DNA from: Schmidtea polychroa
Taxonomy: Eukaryota
Assembly: GCA_044892525.1 (NCBI GenBank)
Contig: CM097886.1
Location: 129,270,001-129,334,000, forward strand
DNA length: 64,000 nucleotides
Direction of reading: 5' to 3'
Every line of letters begins with the position of its first letter. Position 1 is the first letter of the stretch. This document shows positions 38,190-51,723 of this stretch, in pieces. A program made the position numbers and the translations under genes. Below the pieces are notes generated by a model, which was given only the letters and a program-made list of their open reading frames with translations, was not told the origin of the DNA and did not search any database.

Positions 38190-38650
38190 CATCAATTGAT
38201 CAAGAAACAATACCTTCGATATCCTTTATTGATAAAGCTTTTAGTCCCATTAAGCATCCATTGATCCCATTCTCTCCGTAATGATGCTTTAAAAATACTA
38301 TTAATAAAACATCCAATAGTTGGAGATAATGAGTAAAACGAGCTGGTATTAAAGCAACATCAACTTTTCTCTTGATAGTAAATTTAACACAGCTTCGTTT
38401 TTATGGCTGACAAATTCATCCATTATTAAAAGCTGATTTGAACTGGAATTGAATGGACCAGATGTGTCAAAGCATACATTGATCCAAGTCTTCATTATCT
38501 CTGAATTCATGCTTCCTTTATTTGATGGTAAGACAAATAAATTATTTAGAATACGAGCTTTGTGTACTTTCTTTAATCACTTTAAAATTACCATTCTTTT
38601 AACCATTTTACCTCCTTTGGAAATGCAAAGCACAACAGTCAATCTTATTT
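38190..38650 (-). mobile_element. pogo-family DDE transposase relic
   Basis: Manual translation RLTVVLCISKGG, SMNSEIMKTWI, LLIMDEFVSH and IPARFTHYLQLLDV. Confidence 0.7.
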
Positions 38651-38675
38651 TGAATTTTTGGCAAATATGTGATTA

Positions 38676-39371
38676 TTATATATCTTTCTTACGAATGGCA
38701 GCTCTATTTGTAATCACGGCTTTGTATCCAGCAGATTGTTTAGCAACGACGTTCCGAGATCCACAGGCTCTACAATTGAGAAACAATAGACGAGTTTCAT
38801 TTTCTAACTCAGTGTTACTCGACTTGCAGGCCTGACACAATACATAGGCATTGCAGTAATTTCTTATCAGACTTTCCATCTGTGTAGTTTGAAAGCGACC
38901 TCTTATAATCAATTGATTATTTTGATCTAAACTGCTTGTTGATCCGACTTCATTTTCTAAATATTGTTTCACATCCGACATAGCACGATTAAGACATTTG
39001 CAAACCATGCCGAAATTTGTGAAACAAGTTTTTTTGGTTCCCAGTTTTGCTAATGAAGGAGGAACGACTTTCAATTTCTCTTTATTTGCTCCCATTAACT
39101 TAGGATTTATTTGATATAATTTGTTGTATATTTTCCCAAGGATTTGTTCATAATTATAATCGTCGTTTTCACAGGGATCAAGATTTGATTCCTGAATTTC
39201 CAACACATCTTCTAGTTTGAATTGATCTCTACGTTTTTTCCTTCTCCCTTCAAATGACAATTGATGAGGAAATGAATCGTCGAAATCATTATAAAGAATT
39301 TCTGTCTTTTCTTGAAAAGAAATTTTGGTTTTCTTTTTCTTTAGAATTTTAGAAAAATTAATATCAGACAT
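38676..39371 (-). CDS. EIF2S2: Translation initiation factor eIF2 beta subunit, copy 1 (231 aa, intronless)
   Basis: Lys box KKKKTK, YEQILGKIY helix, PPSLAKLGTKKTCFTNF, YLENEVGSTSSLD, RGRF and a C2-C2 zinc finger (CQAC...CRAC) are eIF2B/eIF5-family hallmarks. Confidence 0.92.
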   Translation of the reverse strand: MSDINFSKILKKKKTKISFQEKTEILYNDFDDSFPHQLSFEGRRKKRRDQFKLEDVLEIQESNLDPCENDDYNYEQILGKIYNKLYQINPKLMGANKEKLKVVPPSLAKLGTKKTCFTNFGMVCKCLNRAMSDVKQYLENEVGSTSSLDQNNQLIIRGRFQTTQMESLIRNYCNAYVLCQACKSSNTELENETRLLFLNCRACGSRNVVAKQSAGYKAVITNRAAIRKKDI

Positions 39372-39578
39372 TTGATGAATATGATGAAACTACTCGAATA
39401 CATTTAAACAAATTAAGATGTTCATAGTTTCCGTAAAATAACATTTTCTGTATATTTCCGTATATATTTTGAATTCAAATTATTGAAAAATATTATTTAA
39501 CACATTTACCTATATATAAAATTGTCAGTCTCTATAAAATGTTTCAAAATTTAAGATAGGATATTTAAGTCCTACTAA

Positions 39579-39990
39579 TGTTGGGTTTGTAGTTTAAATT
39601 ATTATATAATTCATTATTGATCTGACTCCGAAGCCTGCTTTTATTATTAACATTAACGAGCTCTAGACAATATAAATTTTATTGATTAACACAATATAAT
39701 TACCAATTTACAGCGACACTCAAAATTTTCTGTTACAATGACAAAATTGAGTGGTTATTACAACCCTTTGGGAGGAATAGCACGTTTCAATACAACTTGG
39801 AACTCACAACCACTTGACTACTGTTTCGGGTTTCAATAATCGGCAGATTTTATCTAGTTGCTTTCTTGGCTTTGACTCAAATATATTCTAACTTTAACTT
39901 CTTAACTTCTTTTCTCTTGTAACTCTTGTAATTTTGTAATTCACGTTAAGTTTCGCATAATTTCCAATTTCTTAAAATTAAATTCTCTAT
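39579..39990 (-). mobile_element. LTR-like fragment related to 1-435
   Basis: TGTTGGGTTT start and TCTGACTCC motif match the reverse complement of the 1-435 terminus. The other end was not found. Confidence 0.4.
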
Positions 39991-41574
39991 TTATTGAGGT
40001 TATGACGTAATCATAATTTTGAAATTTTATCATAACGTATTGTTGCTAGAAATCTGTTTATAATTATTATTTCTTTTAAAATATATATAAAGCCAGCATG
40101 TTTTAATTAAAATAAATTCATGATAACATATTAATTAAGACTAATAATAATGATAAATTTCTATCAGATATAAAAGTTATATACTTATAATTTTTTATAT
40201 TTTTATGGTTCATTGTGTTTTTATTTGGGGAACGTGAAAAGTTTTCAAATTTTCTATCAGTGTGTTAAATATCTATATAACATATGTATTCAAATTTCTG
40301 TTTGTCACAGCAAATATAAAATTATTATTATCCATTGTTAGGGATATTTAAATAATTAATTTATAAATAAAATATATATTGCATTATAAGTATCAAATAC
40401 TATTATATAGTAAAAGTATAATAAGTATAAATGCTGGCACGCATAATTAGCATTATTATTAAATTAATTCATTCGCCATTTAAATCGGGTGTTTTAATAA
40501 TACCAGATTTAGGCAATAATTTGTATTTTAAATACATCCATTATTAAATAAAATTTCTTTTCGTTTTATGAACTTAAACATAAAATAATCAATCTTTTAT
40601 TGAAAAATAATAAATATATTATTATTATTATTTACCTTTGTTCGAATCATGTTTCATTTTGATATTTCTATATTCTATAAATTGATAATCTGTAAAGTTA
40701 AATAAATTTGATGCACTTATAAATTTTAAACCTTATTAATTTCTAGAACTATTTCATAATTAAATTCGAATGACATGCTAATTTAGAATTCTAAAACTTA
40801 AATTTAGCAATAATAAAACTTACAATTTTGAATTTTACAGCTTATATAAATATTATTTTAAAAATATAATTTTAAAACTTTGTAATTATAGTTTAATTAG
40901 GATTTAGATTTTAATTTATTTAAAAAAATTAAGTTAAGATTTTTAATTGTAATAAGTAAAGTTTTTATAATTTTACTTGAAAATTAAAATTTTAATTGAG
41001 AATATTGCTTTAACAAAACTTTTTTTTAAAAATTTATAATTTGGAGTTATGTATTCTTGGTTTGATGTTCATAAAACAATCACAGATTGTGTTCTTCTAA
41101 AAACGCAATTCGTAATATTATAGGGTCAAAATATTAAAGTAAGCACAGGGGTTAATTATCCGCACTATCTGCATTTGTTTTGCATATATAAGTCATATGT
41201 ATATGTCGAAATTTCTATAAATACTTAATAAATATGATAATATAGTAAATGAATCAAGAAAATATTATCACCAATTTGCTCAATGACACAGAGATTCAAT
41301 CCAATCCAATTCATTGCTCATGGATTTTAAATCAAAATTTACAATTGCAATTAACAATTAAATTCGAAACTTAACTTCTATATTTTGAATATTTATNNNN
41401 NNNNNNNNNNNNNNNNNNNNNNNNNNNNNNNNNNNNNNNNNNNNNNNNNNNNNNNNNNNNNNNNNNNNNNNNNNNNNNNNNNNNNNNNNNNNNNNNNNNN
41501 NNNNNNNNNNNNNNNNNNNNNNNNNNNNNNNNNNNNNNNNNNNNNNNNNATGTTACAAGTTTTTTATCTATATA

Positions 41575-42224
41575 TGTAATTGTTTAGGTGTGTGATAGAA
41601 AATTTTGTAGAACCCGATAGAGTCACCAATAATAAGTGTCGGGACAATCGGAGTGCCTGTATGTCGGGTATTTATATACAATTTATGATAATATAAATAA
41701 ATGTTAACTTTTTGGGAAAAAATATATAAATAACAAAACTTAATTTAACTGACTGAACCTTTATTAAAACCAAAAATAAAGACCTTTTTTTGCCAAGAAC
41801 TCAGTTCAATGAAAGTTCGAATAGAATAGTCCGCAGATCAGAAGAATTTAATATTTAATATTTTTACTCTTTTCTCCTAATTGATACTCGGCTATTTGAT
41901 GATAAATTGCTCACAATAGGAATATAAAATAGTCTTTATTTTCTTTCGAAGTTTTAAATGGTTTTTCTTTTCTTATTGATACTTGGGTATTTGATGATAA
42001 GTTACTCATAATAGAATTTGCTTTCTACTACTTTCTGTTTTGAATATTTTATCGATTTCTTTTCAATTTTTATTTTGTAATTCCATTTAGTAACTTATTA
42101 CTATAGAGAATTACTATATAGATTCTTTTTGTTGGGTTGCAGGGGGCATTACTCAAATAAAGATAAATAGTACAGTTTGTAATTACATTCAAAAAATTAT
42201 ATACAAAAATTAACGTTATATTAC

Positions 42225-42225
<1 letters not shown>
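41575..42225. mobile_element. Solo-LTR-like repeat (family with 23630-24215)
   Basis: CCCGATAGAGTCACC...CGGGACAATCGG core, internal direct duplication, and TGTAAT / ATTACA candidate ends. Confidence 0.5.

Positions 42226-42309
<84 letters not shown>
42226..42309. repeat. (AAT)n microsatellite
   Basis: Perfect AAT run. Confidence 0.95.
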
Positions 42310-42752
42310 GTATAAAATGATGATTGCTTGGTAGCAGCATTTATTATTTAAAACAATAAAATGATAATTTAAGCCTTTTGCTGCAAATAATGTATTTAAT
42401 GAAAGAATTTTCGACTATAAGATANNNNNNNNNNNNNNNNNNNNNNNNNNNNNNNNNNNNNNNNNNNNNNNNNNNNNNNNNNNNNNNNNNNNNNNNNNNN
42501 NNNNNNNNNNNNNNNNNNNNNNNNNNNNNNNNNNNNNNNNNNNNNNNNNNNNNNNNNNNATTAAATGATAATTTAAGCCTTTTGCTGCGAATAATATATT
42601 TAATACAAATGAAAAAATGTATAAGTATAAAAAAGTCATGGTCAATTTCTTGGAATTTAGTTTCTTCTATTTTATTTCCTTTTTCTTACTACTTATCATT
42701 GGTTAAAAATAATAATAAACTCTTTTCTGAAGAATTTAAAAATTTTTATTAA

Positions 42753-44230
42753 CACTAGAAGCACGGAAATTACAATGTACCTATAACTACGGATGTGTCA
42801 GTTTTGGCAAAATTGTTTTTTACTAGATATGGCTGCGTTTAAAAGTATGTGTGTTTTGGTCAAAGGTCATGTTAATTAAAATTTTTAACTGAAGAACAGA
42901 GAGAGTTTTCATCCCTTGTAGCCTTATGTTACAAAAGAAAACAATAATATATTGACGGTATAGACAATACCCAATATTAAAAAACAAAAAATAGTTGCGT
43001 GTGGGACGATGAACACGAATCACATATAGTGTAAACATACTCTTGTCGATTATTATGGTTTCCACAAACACTCTTATTACACTTCATACATAGCATAAGA
43101 GACAAATTAGGACATTGTGAAACGAAACAATCACATCGTTTTCGTACATTGGGAACAATAATATGGGTGTACAGTTGTAAAGAAGTTTGTGAGCATAGAT
43201 GTTTTACAAGCGCCTTTTGAAAATCACACATGAAATTCACCGATTTATAAATGATCCAAGAATTGAGCAAACATATATCTAGCACATTATAAAATATTCA
43301 CAGAGGCCATCTTCGATTTTAACATCTCGTGGAATATTGGCGCATCATTTGGTCAACACAATCCACTCCACATTTTGTGGTTTTATAGAAATTAATAATG
43401 TTGGATGTTGCTTGGGTCATCTATTGGCACTGTCTCATGCACAAAACTGAGGAACAACACCACTTTATTTTTTTTGAATTTATAGACTGTAAGAATAGTT
43501 TTTTTTTCAGAAATGAAGAACCTGGAATCAAATAACTCTACCCTTCATGAGATACTCCACTTCGTGCAACTCACGCCGATTATTACGAATCATTCCGATC
43601 CTATTCACACCTTTACATCTTCGACCAAATTCAGTGATGTAAAAAAATTTACACAAGTGACGTTGTGACCATTTCGTTCATATCCTTGTAATATAGTATG
43701 GATAATGTATGGAGGCAACGCTTGGTTGGCTGGTCTGCTATGATTTTTGCCTAAATACGTAAATCCGCGGACAAACGTCGTCTGGAGATCAACTAAAAAA
43801 AGAATTTGATGCCAAACTTGTCGGGTTCTGAAACAATGTACAGAATAAATGGACACCGACATTTAAATGGATAAAGCTACTCATCAATGGTGAAATTTTC
43901 CTTTGAAAAAAGAAGCTTTCTTGCAGTTTTCAATAAATGGAAACCATATTGAAGACGCTAAGTCAAATCGATCTTCTTGTAATCGGCTAGCTCTCTCTGA
44001 TTTCATATCTAATCGTAAAAATTTCATGATAGCTGTAAACCTATTTCTAGCCATAGAATTACGAAAAATAGACGCACCCCATTCTTTAGACCATAATTCG
44101 GCAATAGATATATGCTTAGCGAGCACCTCTTTTGTATAGCAAAAACCTATGAAAGTCTTCATTTCAAGCAAAGGAACGAACAACTTGAATGAGCTATATT
44201 GTGAATCATCCACTTGGGATAACAGTAAGA
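42753..44230 (-). mobile_element. piggyBac element relic (PGBD4-like transposase, one terminus)
   Basis: TTAA|CACTAGAAGCACGG terminus. ORFs 43884-44213 (MARNRFTAIMKFLRLD), 43605-43862 (NVTCVNFFTS) and 42977-43285 (Cys-rich tail RKRC...C..CNKSVC.NH). Confidence 0.85.
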
Positions 44231-44264
44231 AGTTTGTTGATATTCTCGGTATTCATTTCCTTTA

Positions 44265-44691
44265 TTAACAAGTTGCTTTCTTTTCTAAATATTTAATAGA
44301 ATCTTTTGGTTCGATAGATGTGTATAGTGATATGACATCAAGACTGGATGGATATTTGAATTCTCTACGAGTAGTTCTGGTTTTATTTAATCTTGCCATG
44401 AGGTAGTCGCTGCTCTGAAGATGGTGTGGTACAGTGTCCAATAATGGTTTTAAAATCTTTGCAAGGAGCCAACTTGTTTTAGTTGTTGGTCCATTTGCGC
44501 TTGATAAAATAGGTCTAATTTTGTTAGAAGGACTGCCTTTATGAGTTTTTATTAGTTGGTAGAAGTTGGGAAGATTTTTTTGTAACGAAGCTTTTGGTTT
44601 ATTTATTATTGGGGCCCATTTCCAAAGCAATGGCTTTCCATACTTTGTTGATCTTCATTTCGATGGTGTTGGGTGACATGCTGCTAACTTT
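44265..44691 (-). mobile_element. Penelope-like element reverse-transcriptase fragment
   Basis: ORF 44265-44630 contains PNFYQLIKTHK, IRPILSSANGPT, LAKILKPLL and SLDVISLYTSI. Runs into an N gap. Confidence 0.85.
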
Positions 44692-46372
44692 NNNNNNNNN
44701 NNNNNNNNNNNNNNNNNNNNNNNNNNNNNNNNNNNNNNNNNNNNNNNNNNNNNNNNNNNNNNNNNNNNNNNNNNNNNNNNNNNNNNNNNNNNNNNNNNNN
44801 NNNNNNNNNNNNNNNNNNNNNNNNNNNNNNNAAATGCAGTCAAATTGATCAAGTCGCATGCTTCATTGCTCAAATAATAAAAGAAGATGTTGCAGTAAAT
44901 AAAATGTTGGGGAATCTAAGAATCTATGAAAATATATTTATCAACAATCGAAATTCCAGTTTTCATGATACATTTGAAGAAATTGAATATAAAGATTGGG
45001 AAACCTGGTTTGTAAATATTTCAATATAGGGATATAGAATGGATGAGAAAGATGTCATATCAACAATTTAGAGAGTAAATACTATCTACTAGATAGCACT
45101 CGAATTTCTCTGGGATTTTAATAAATATTTAGTTTTTAATATATCTTTTAATATGATTTTTCAATAGCAGAATTGGTTTTCTTAAGTATAAATGAATAAT
45201 TTGTATTTTTAAAATTTTGGAAATGTGTGTGTATGTAAAAGTTGGCTGAAAAGGGCGCTGTTTAAGGAGTTATGAGTGTGAAGTTGAAATAAATAATGAT
45301 GTCATTTTGTAGAGAAATAAATTCTGTCTATACATTGTTTGATTGAAAATATGTCAAGCTGTTAAAAATGATCTGAAAATTCGAAAATGATGTTATAAAA
45401 ATGAAATTTCAAAATTTTAATTACAGCAGTCTCATTTAATAGAAAATTTAATTTCAAGTAATACCCTTTGAAGTCCACACATATATCTACTAACTAAATT
45501 AAATTTATTCCTGAGTCTTCAAGTTTTCTTTTTAAAATAATCAGTGGTGTAATTGGAAAAAAATTTATCATAATAACTAAATTAAATTAATAGCAAGTGC
45601 GATTAATTGTTCACGAAAATAAAACGAAAGAAGTTTAAATATCAAAATGGCAATAACAAAAAAAATCAATTAACCGTTACGCTGCTGAAGCCATTTTGAA
45701 GGGACATACTACGCGTCAATTTATTGACTCTCCACACTCTAACAGTTCAATGCATTATTTGAACTTGTTTAATCGCATACATTACTCAAATCTTAATAGA
45801 CAGAAACAATTAAATATGAATAGTGATGCATTAAAACAAAATCTTAATATTTTTGTACTTTATTACGCATTTAACTTTTATTTAAAAAGTATTTCAGCAA
45901 ACAGTGAATATTTTGATATATCTTTATAAACTTTTTTGTTAATCCTTATTTAATCATGTCATAAAATTAATAAATTATTTAAATTAAATTATTTAGGGTT
46001 ATCGGCAAAATGTTAAATTATCAATTATTGATTTGTATCCAAAGTGTGATAGAAATAACGAATTCCGCAGAATAAACTTTTATTATTCCTCGAAATGAAT
46101 TACCAAATTTAAAAGGACAAAACAGTTCGATATTACAACAATGACTTTGAGTACTTATTGCAAATGTTTGGGACGACTTTGTTCTAATATTCTAATCTAT
46201 ATATTGGGTGAAATAGGAAAATGATATCTATCTAATGACATATTATCCTATATGTTTTCTTGAAATAGAAAAGGTATTCAAAATTAAAAAAAATTATGAA
46301 AACTATATTTTATAAAACTTGTTAAATTTTTCACACAGATGATCAAAAATTAGATTGGCGAACATATTATTA

Positions 46373-47068
46373 TTATATATTTTTCTTACGAATAGCAGCT
46401 CTATTTGAAATCACGGCTTTGTATCCAGAAGATTGTTTAGCAACGACATTCCGAGATCCACAAGCTCCACAATTGAGAAACAATAGACGAGTTTCATTTT
46501 CTAACTCAGTGTTACTCGACTTGCAGGCCTGACACAATACATAGGCATTGCAATAATTTCTTATCAGACTTTCCATCTGTGTAGTTTGAAAGCGACCTCT
46601 TAAAATCAGTTGATTATTTTGATCTAAACTGCTTGTTGATCCGACTTCATTTTCTAAATATTGTTTCACATCCGACATAGCACGATTAAGACATTTGCAA
46701 ACCATGCCGAAATTTGTGAAACAAGTTTTTTTGGTTCCCAGTTTTGCTAATGAAGGAGGAACGACTTTCAATTTTTCTTTATTTGCTCCCATTAACTGAG
46801 GATTTATTTGATATAATTTGTTGTATATTTTCCCAAGGATTTGTTCATAATTATAATCGTCGTTTTCACAGGGATCAAGATTTGATTCCTGAATTTCCAA
46901 CACATCTTCTAGTTTGAATTGATCTCTACGTTTTTTTCTTTTCCCTTCAAATGACAATTGATGAGGAAATGAGTCATCGAAATCATTATAAAGAATTTCT
47001 GTCTTTTCTTGAAAAGAAATTTTGGTTTTCTTTTTCTTTAGAATTTTAGAAAAATTAATATCAGACAT
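46373..47068 (-). CDS. EIF2S2: Translation initiation factor eIF2 beta subunit, copy 2 (231 aa, intronless)
   Basis: Intact ORF with 7 amino-acid differences from copy 1. Confidence 0.92.
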   Translation of the reverse strand: MSDINFSKILKKKKTKISFQEKTEILYNDFDDSFPHQLSFEGKRKKRRDQFKLEDVLEIQESNLDPCENDDYNYEQILGKIYNKLYQINPQLMGANKEKLKVVPPSLAKLGTKKTCFTNFGMVCKCLNRAMSDVKQYLENEVGSTSSLDQNNQLILRGRFQTTQMESLIRNYCNAYVLCQACKSSNTELENETRLLFLNCGACGSRNVVAKQSSGYKAVISNRAAIRKKNI

Positions 47069-47779
47069 TTGATGAATATGATGAAACTACTCGAATACAT
47101 TTAAACAAATTAAGATGTTCATAGTTTCCGTAATATAACATTTTCTGTGTATTTCCGTAGATATTTTGAATTCAACATATATTTTTATAAATTGGTTTAT
47201 ATTTGTCTACCATACACAAATATTATCTTCATTACGATTTATCACAAGATATTATATATAATAGAAAATTGAAAATTCTTCATCGACATCCTCGCCACTT
47301 AAAGAATAAAATCAAATAAACATTCAACAAGTTCTGGCGAATAAAAGATTTATTATAATTATATAATCTGGAAATATATGCGAAATTTTTATCATAAATA
47401 AAAAGGACCGCCCTCGGCTCTGGCCATACACTGTGGCAATTATCCGTTGAAGATCAAAGGAATCGCTGAAACTTGTCACGTTTTCAGGAGTCTTTTTACT
47501 TATATGTAAAAGAATATGCGACTGAGCAATTACTGGGATTGATTTTGTGAGATTTCTGGTAATTCTGTGATTCTCTTTAAAATAGTTGTCGTTGGTTTTG
47601 GCCCATATAATATATTTTTTTATATTTTTATATTTTTTATATTTCATTGTCATTTAGAACCTAAATTTTTGCATTTCTCAACAAATCAAGGATAATATCA
47701 ATAATTTTCTCGCTCAATTGATCTGGCTACGATATCGAAGAAATGAGACATCTGGGTAAGCAGCTTTTGTTTTGTTTAA

Positions 47780-48016
47780 CCCATTAATGCTCAAAGGAAA
47801 ACTACTATTAAAAATTACTTTTAATCGTTATTTGTCATGACATATTGGGTACATTAGAACATTTATATATAAAAAAATATGGAGAAAACTAGAGAAAACT
47901 ACTAGTGCCATCTATTGTTGAAATGGGTCACTACTTCCAGGATAATCATTATAGAAAAAACATGAAATCGCACCTTTAAAAAGTGTACCCATGTGAACAA
48001 AGTGAGAGTTAATGGG
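47780..48016. mobile_element. piggyBac-type MITE (237 bp)
   Basis: TTAA|CCCATTAATGCTCA ... TGAGAGTTAATGGG|TTAA. Confidence 0.75.
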
Positions 48017-48889
48017 TTAAATTGAATTTTATTAATTATATATTTATAATCTTTTCAAGTCAGTAATTGTGACGATATGAATTATATATTGCATATTTAT
48101 TCTCATTGATTACAATTCTTATCGAAATAATATTTATCTGAATATGATTANNNNNNNNNNNNNNNNNNNNNNNNNNNNNNNNNNNNNNNNNNNNNNNNNN
48201 NNNNNNNNNNNNNNNNNNNNNNNNNNNNNNNNNNNNNNNNNNNNNNNNNNNNNNNNNNNNNNNNNNNNNNNNNNNNNNNNNNNNNNNNNNNNNNNNNNNN
48301 NNNNNNNNNNNNNNNNNNNNNNNNNNNNNNNNNNNNNNNNNNNNNNNNNNNNNNNNNTATCGTAATGAACTTTTCCGTGAGAATTCCTGAGTATTTCATT
48401 ATTCATTATTTCCTACAATAAGAATTTTCTTCAAAGTTTTTGTTTTTATCTGAGAGAACTTCATTGATTAAAAGTTTCCAATCTTTTAATTCTACTTAAA
48501 TATTTAATGTTAAAATATTAAGTAAATTTTTTTTTCTTAAATTTAAAATTGATTTAAAAGTGTCATCAGAGATGGTGATCTAGTATGTTAGTAAAAATTA
48601 AGGGAATCAAATTACACTTTACCACCTATATACTCGGAAGAAAGGTTTCTGAAAAAAAACCCGCCTAAATCGAGTTTTAAATTTTACCATGTAAAACCGC
48701 GTAAATTGAAAACAACCTTTAAATGCTCGCAATCCAACGTATAAAATTTTTATATTTAAAAAAAACAAAACATAAAGTATGCATAAAGTATGCATAAAGT
48801 ACATTAACAAACATAAATATCAATTTTTTTTACATATTTTTAATAACGCTTAATAAAACACATTCACTGTCATCAGAAACTACTATTAA

Positions 48890-49440
48890 TTAATTTTTTT
48901 GTTGGTGCGATGTCATTTTCGTTATTAGATGGAACTTCATGCGGTTCTGATTCACTGGCTGATAGATTTGAAACAATTTCAGACCAGTTAGACTTGATAA
49001 TGAACGCCTTTGTTTAAATCTTTCAAACCAGCCATGGTTTGCTAAAAATGACATATTTGCTTCAGTTGCAGAGGTGGATGGTAACTGAATCTTATTTTTT
49101 TCATAAATTTTGAAAGCTTTATCTGTAATTACATTGGTATCAATGGGAATTCGGTTTTGTGTTTGGTCTTCTAACCATATAATTAATGCCTTCTCAATTT
49201 TTTCGATTGCAGCATTTCTTACGTATGAGGTTGCACTTGTGGTCACGCAAGAACCAGTTACCACACTTTTTCTGATAGTCTTCAATTTTTTTATTGTTAT
49301 TGTAGACTCATTCATGTTATAACATTGAGCAATATTTGTTGCTTTTTATCCATTACGTAAATGATCTAAAATTTTAATTTTTGTTTCTAACGAAATAACT
49401 TTTCATTTCAGTTGGTTTTTCTTTACTTCTTTTGGCATGG
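48890..49440 (-). mobile_element. Tigger/TIGD-like transposase N-terminal relic
   Basis: KVISLETKIKILD, EKALIIWLED and HGWFERFKQR are CENP-B HTH motifs. Truncated. Confidence 0.8.
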
Positions 49441-51043
49441 TAAGATAAAACTGCTAAAAGTTTAATTAAACTACAAAACCATTAAACAATTAAACAAAAC
49501 CAGTAAATACGAAATTTAAAAAAAATAATCCAAATTTACACATACGTTTTATTTCTTATAAAATTACAACACCAAATGACATAAACAGATTATTTTTATT
49601 GTATAGATAAAGTGAGGAATACCAATTTTAGCAAATGGTACCAACCAAAAAATAAATGGGAATAATTACTGTCAAATTATGTACACACCCAAAGCGTTCA
49701 CTTTTCGCGGTTTTTTTTAAATTTTAAATTTCAAAACCATGTAAAGCGAAATCGCGTTAAAAAAGTACCTTGTAGATCAGGGGATAAGTGTAATTTTAAA
49801 TTTTATGATTTTATTGAAATAATTAATGATGGATTAAATAATAAATTTTAATTTTTAAGTAAATTAGAGATTCTTAAGCTAATTTTATAAATTTTAATAT
49901 TTATTATTTAATGATTATCTTTATTGATTCTATGAACAAAAATTTAGCGGTTTTATAGTAATTCTAGGATAAATTTTAATTTTTAATTGAAATTAATTGA
50001 TCATACTTTTATAAATTAAAATTTATCTTTTGAGTGGAATATTAATGAGTGTAACTATGGTAATTTATGTGTTAGTAATAGTTTTTAAAATTTTTTTTTA
50101 AAAATTTTTCCTCAAAGCAAGTCAAATTAATCACATTTGTAATTTTTCGTATATTGTGTTAGTGGGGACTATGTTTTTAACGAATGTGTGTATCTGTGAC
50201 CTACTTATTTTATATTTTGTGCCAGCAGGAACATGTATTAAAGTAGACTTGATCCACTTAAAATTTGATTAATTTGACTTGCAACACATAAAAATTTATG
50301 AAAAACATAATAATTCCGTAAAATCTAGTTGGCTTGCTTAAAAAATATTATGCAAAAAATTTTTAGTTTAATATTTTATTTCCTCATCAGGCGGGTTGTC
50401 AGCCTGGACCAATCCATCTACTAAAAATTCTCTAATATAAAGATATATATAAATAAAAAATTGCAATTTCTGGTCGAAAAATAGTTGTGTGGAAATGAAA
50501 ATATTTGAAATTAAAAACCATTAAACAAAAGGATTAATCCTTACGAAATCCTTCAATTTCAAAAGTTTTGAGAATGGAAAATTTAATATTTTTAGTTTAT
50601 GAGCTTATTTTTTTATAAGTGTCTAAAATTAAGAAAATATTTACTTAAAATATCCTTGAATTCGCAAAAAATAATTCTTACTCGGAATGATTCCTAGAAG
50701 AAAACCTTAAAGATTTCATCAAAAATTCAAAAATATTGCATTTTATGTAAATTGAAAAATTGCTTTCCGGCTCATCATTTATTATTAGATTACATAATAT
50801 AAATACAAATATCACATAAATATATTTTCGCATATATTTTAAAATCTAAATTCTAAATAAAAATATGATTTTTCACAAGTATTTTAAAAGTTTTAAATTT
50901 TGTTTTTTTCTATTATTTTCGATTTTTATTGACTTTATATAATATTCACAATTATGTAATCATTGTTTATTGTATAAATACATATTTCATCAAGACGCTT
51001 GATTGCCTGAAAGTGAAAAGTAATCTTTCGAAACATTTTAAAA

Positions 51044-51232
51044 AATTTATTAAAAAGAGAGCTTGAAGACTATAAATCAGTAATATATCGATGTTTGTTG
51101 ATACTCACGAATATTCGGCACTGCCTTTTTCAAGTGAATTTTGGAAAAAAGACAGTGCCGAAAATTCGTGAGTATGAAGAAACATCGATATATTACTGAT
51201 TTATAGTCTTCAAGCTCTCTTTTTAATAAATT
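51044..51232. repeat. Near-perfect 189-bp palindrome (hairpin MITE)
   Basis: Arms of ~85-90 bp (AATTTATTAAAAAGAGAGCTTGAAGACTATAAATCAG...) pair with few mismatches. TTAA at 51050-53 and 51223-26. Confidence 0.9.
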
Positions 51233-51723
51233 CAATAGAAAAAATAATCAGTGGTGAAATTGGAAAGAAAAGTTCTTATAATTGTAAAAAATATATTTAT
51301 AAATTGAAAATTGAAAATTCCATTTAAATTAATTTATCAAGAAAATTTATCAAAATTTCAAAAGCCAATTTTTCAAAATGTCAATTCATATTTTAAAAAT
51401 TAATTTAAAAAATATATGTTTTGCATTTTTATTGGATTTTTTAATAAATTTCTAACAGAACCAATTTTAATATTGGAGCTCTAGTAGAGGAAAGTTTTTG
51501 GCCAAGGCAGTAAAATCATTTTTCTTCTGTGAAAAGTTAGAAAAATTCTACCTTGAAAAACAATTTATTATTTTAACTACATTTGTTTAAATTTATATTA
51601 AATTAATAAAATAACCTAATAAATTGTTTAAATTTACGAATTTTTATAAGCAATATTCTCCAATAAGATATACTGTGAGTTGTATTTAATTAATAAAAAT
51701 TAATAAAATTAATTTTCTAGGAA

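Noticed and set aside
42355-42610. Direct repeat flanking the N gap
   Set aside because: Near-identical sequence on both sides of a gap is most likely a collapsed tandem repeat or scaffolding overlap.
10376-48406. ORFs containing long X runs (10376, 41385, 42378, 42415, 44594-44873, 48134-48406)
   Set aside because: They are artefacts of translating through assembly gaps.
50331-50400. Minus-strand CTGATGAG-GAAA hammerhead-like core
   Set aside because: No stem II, and stem I cannot pair convincingly around a cleavage triplet.
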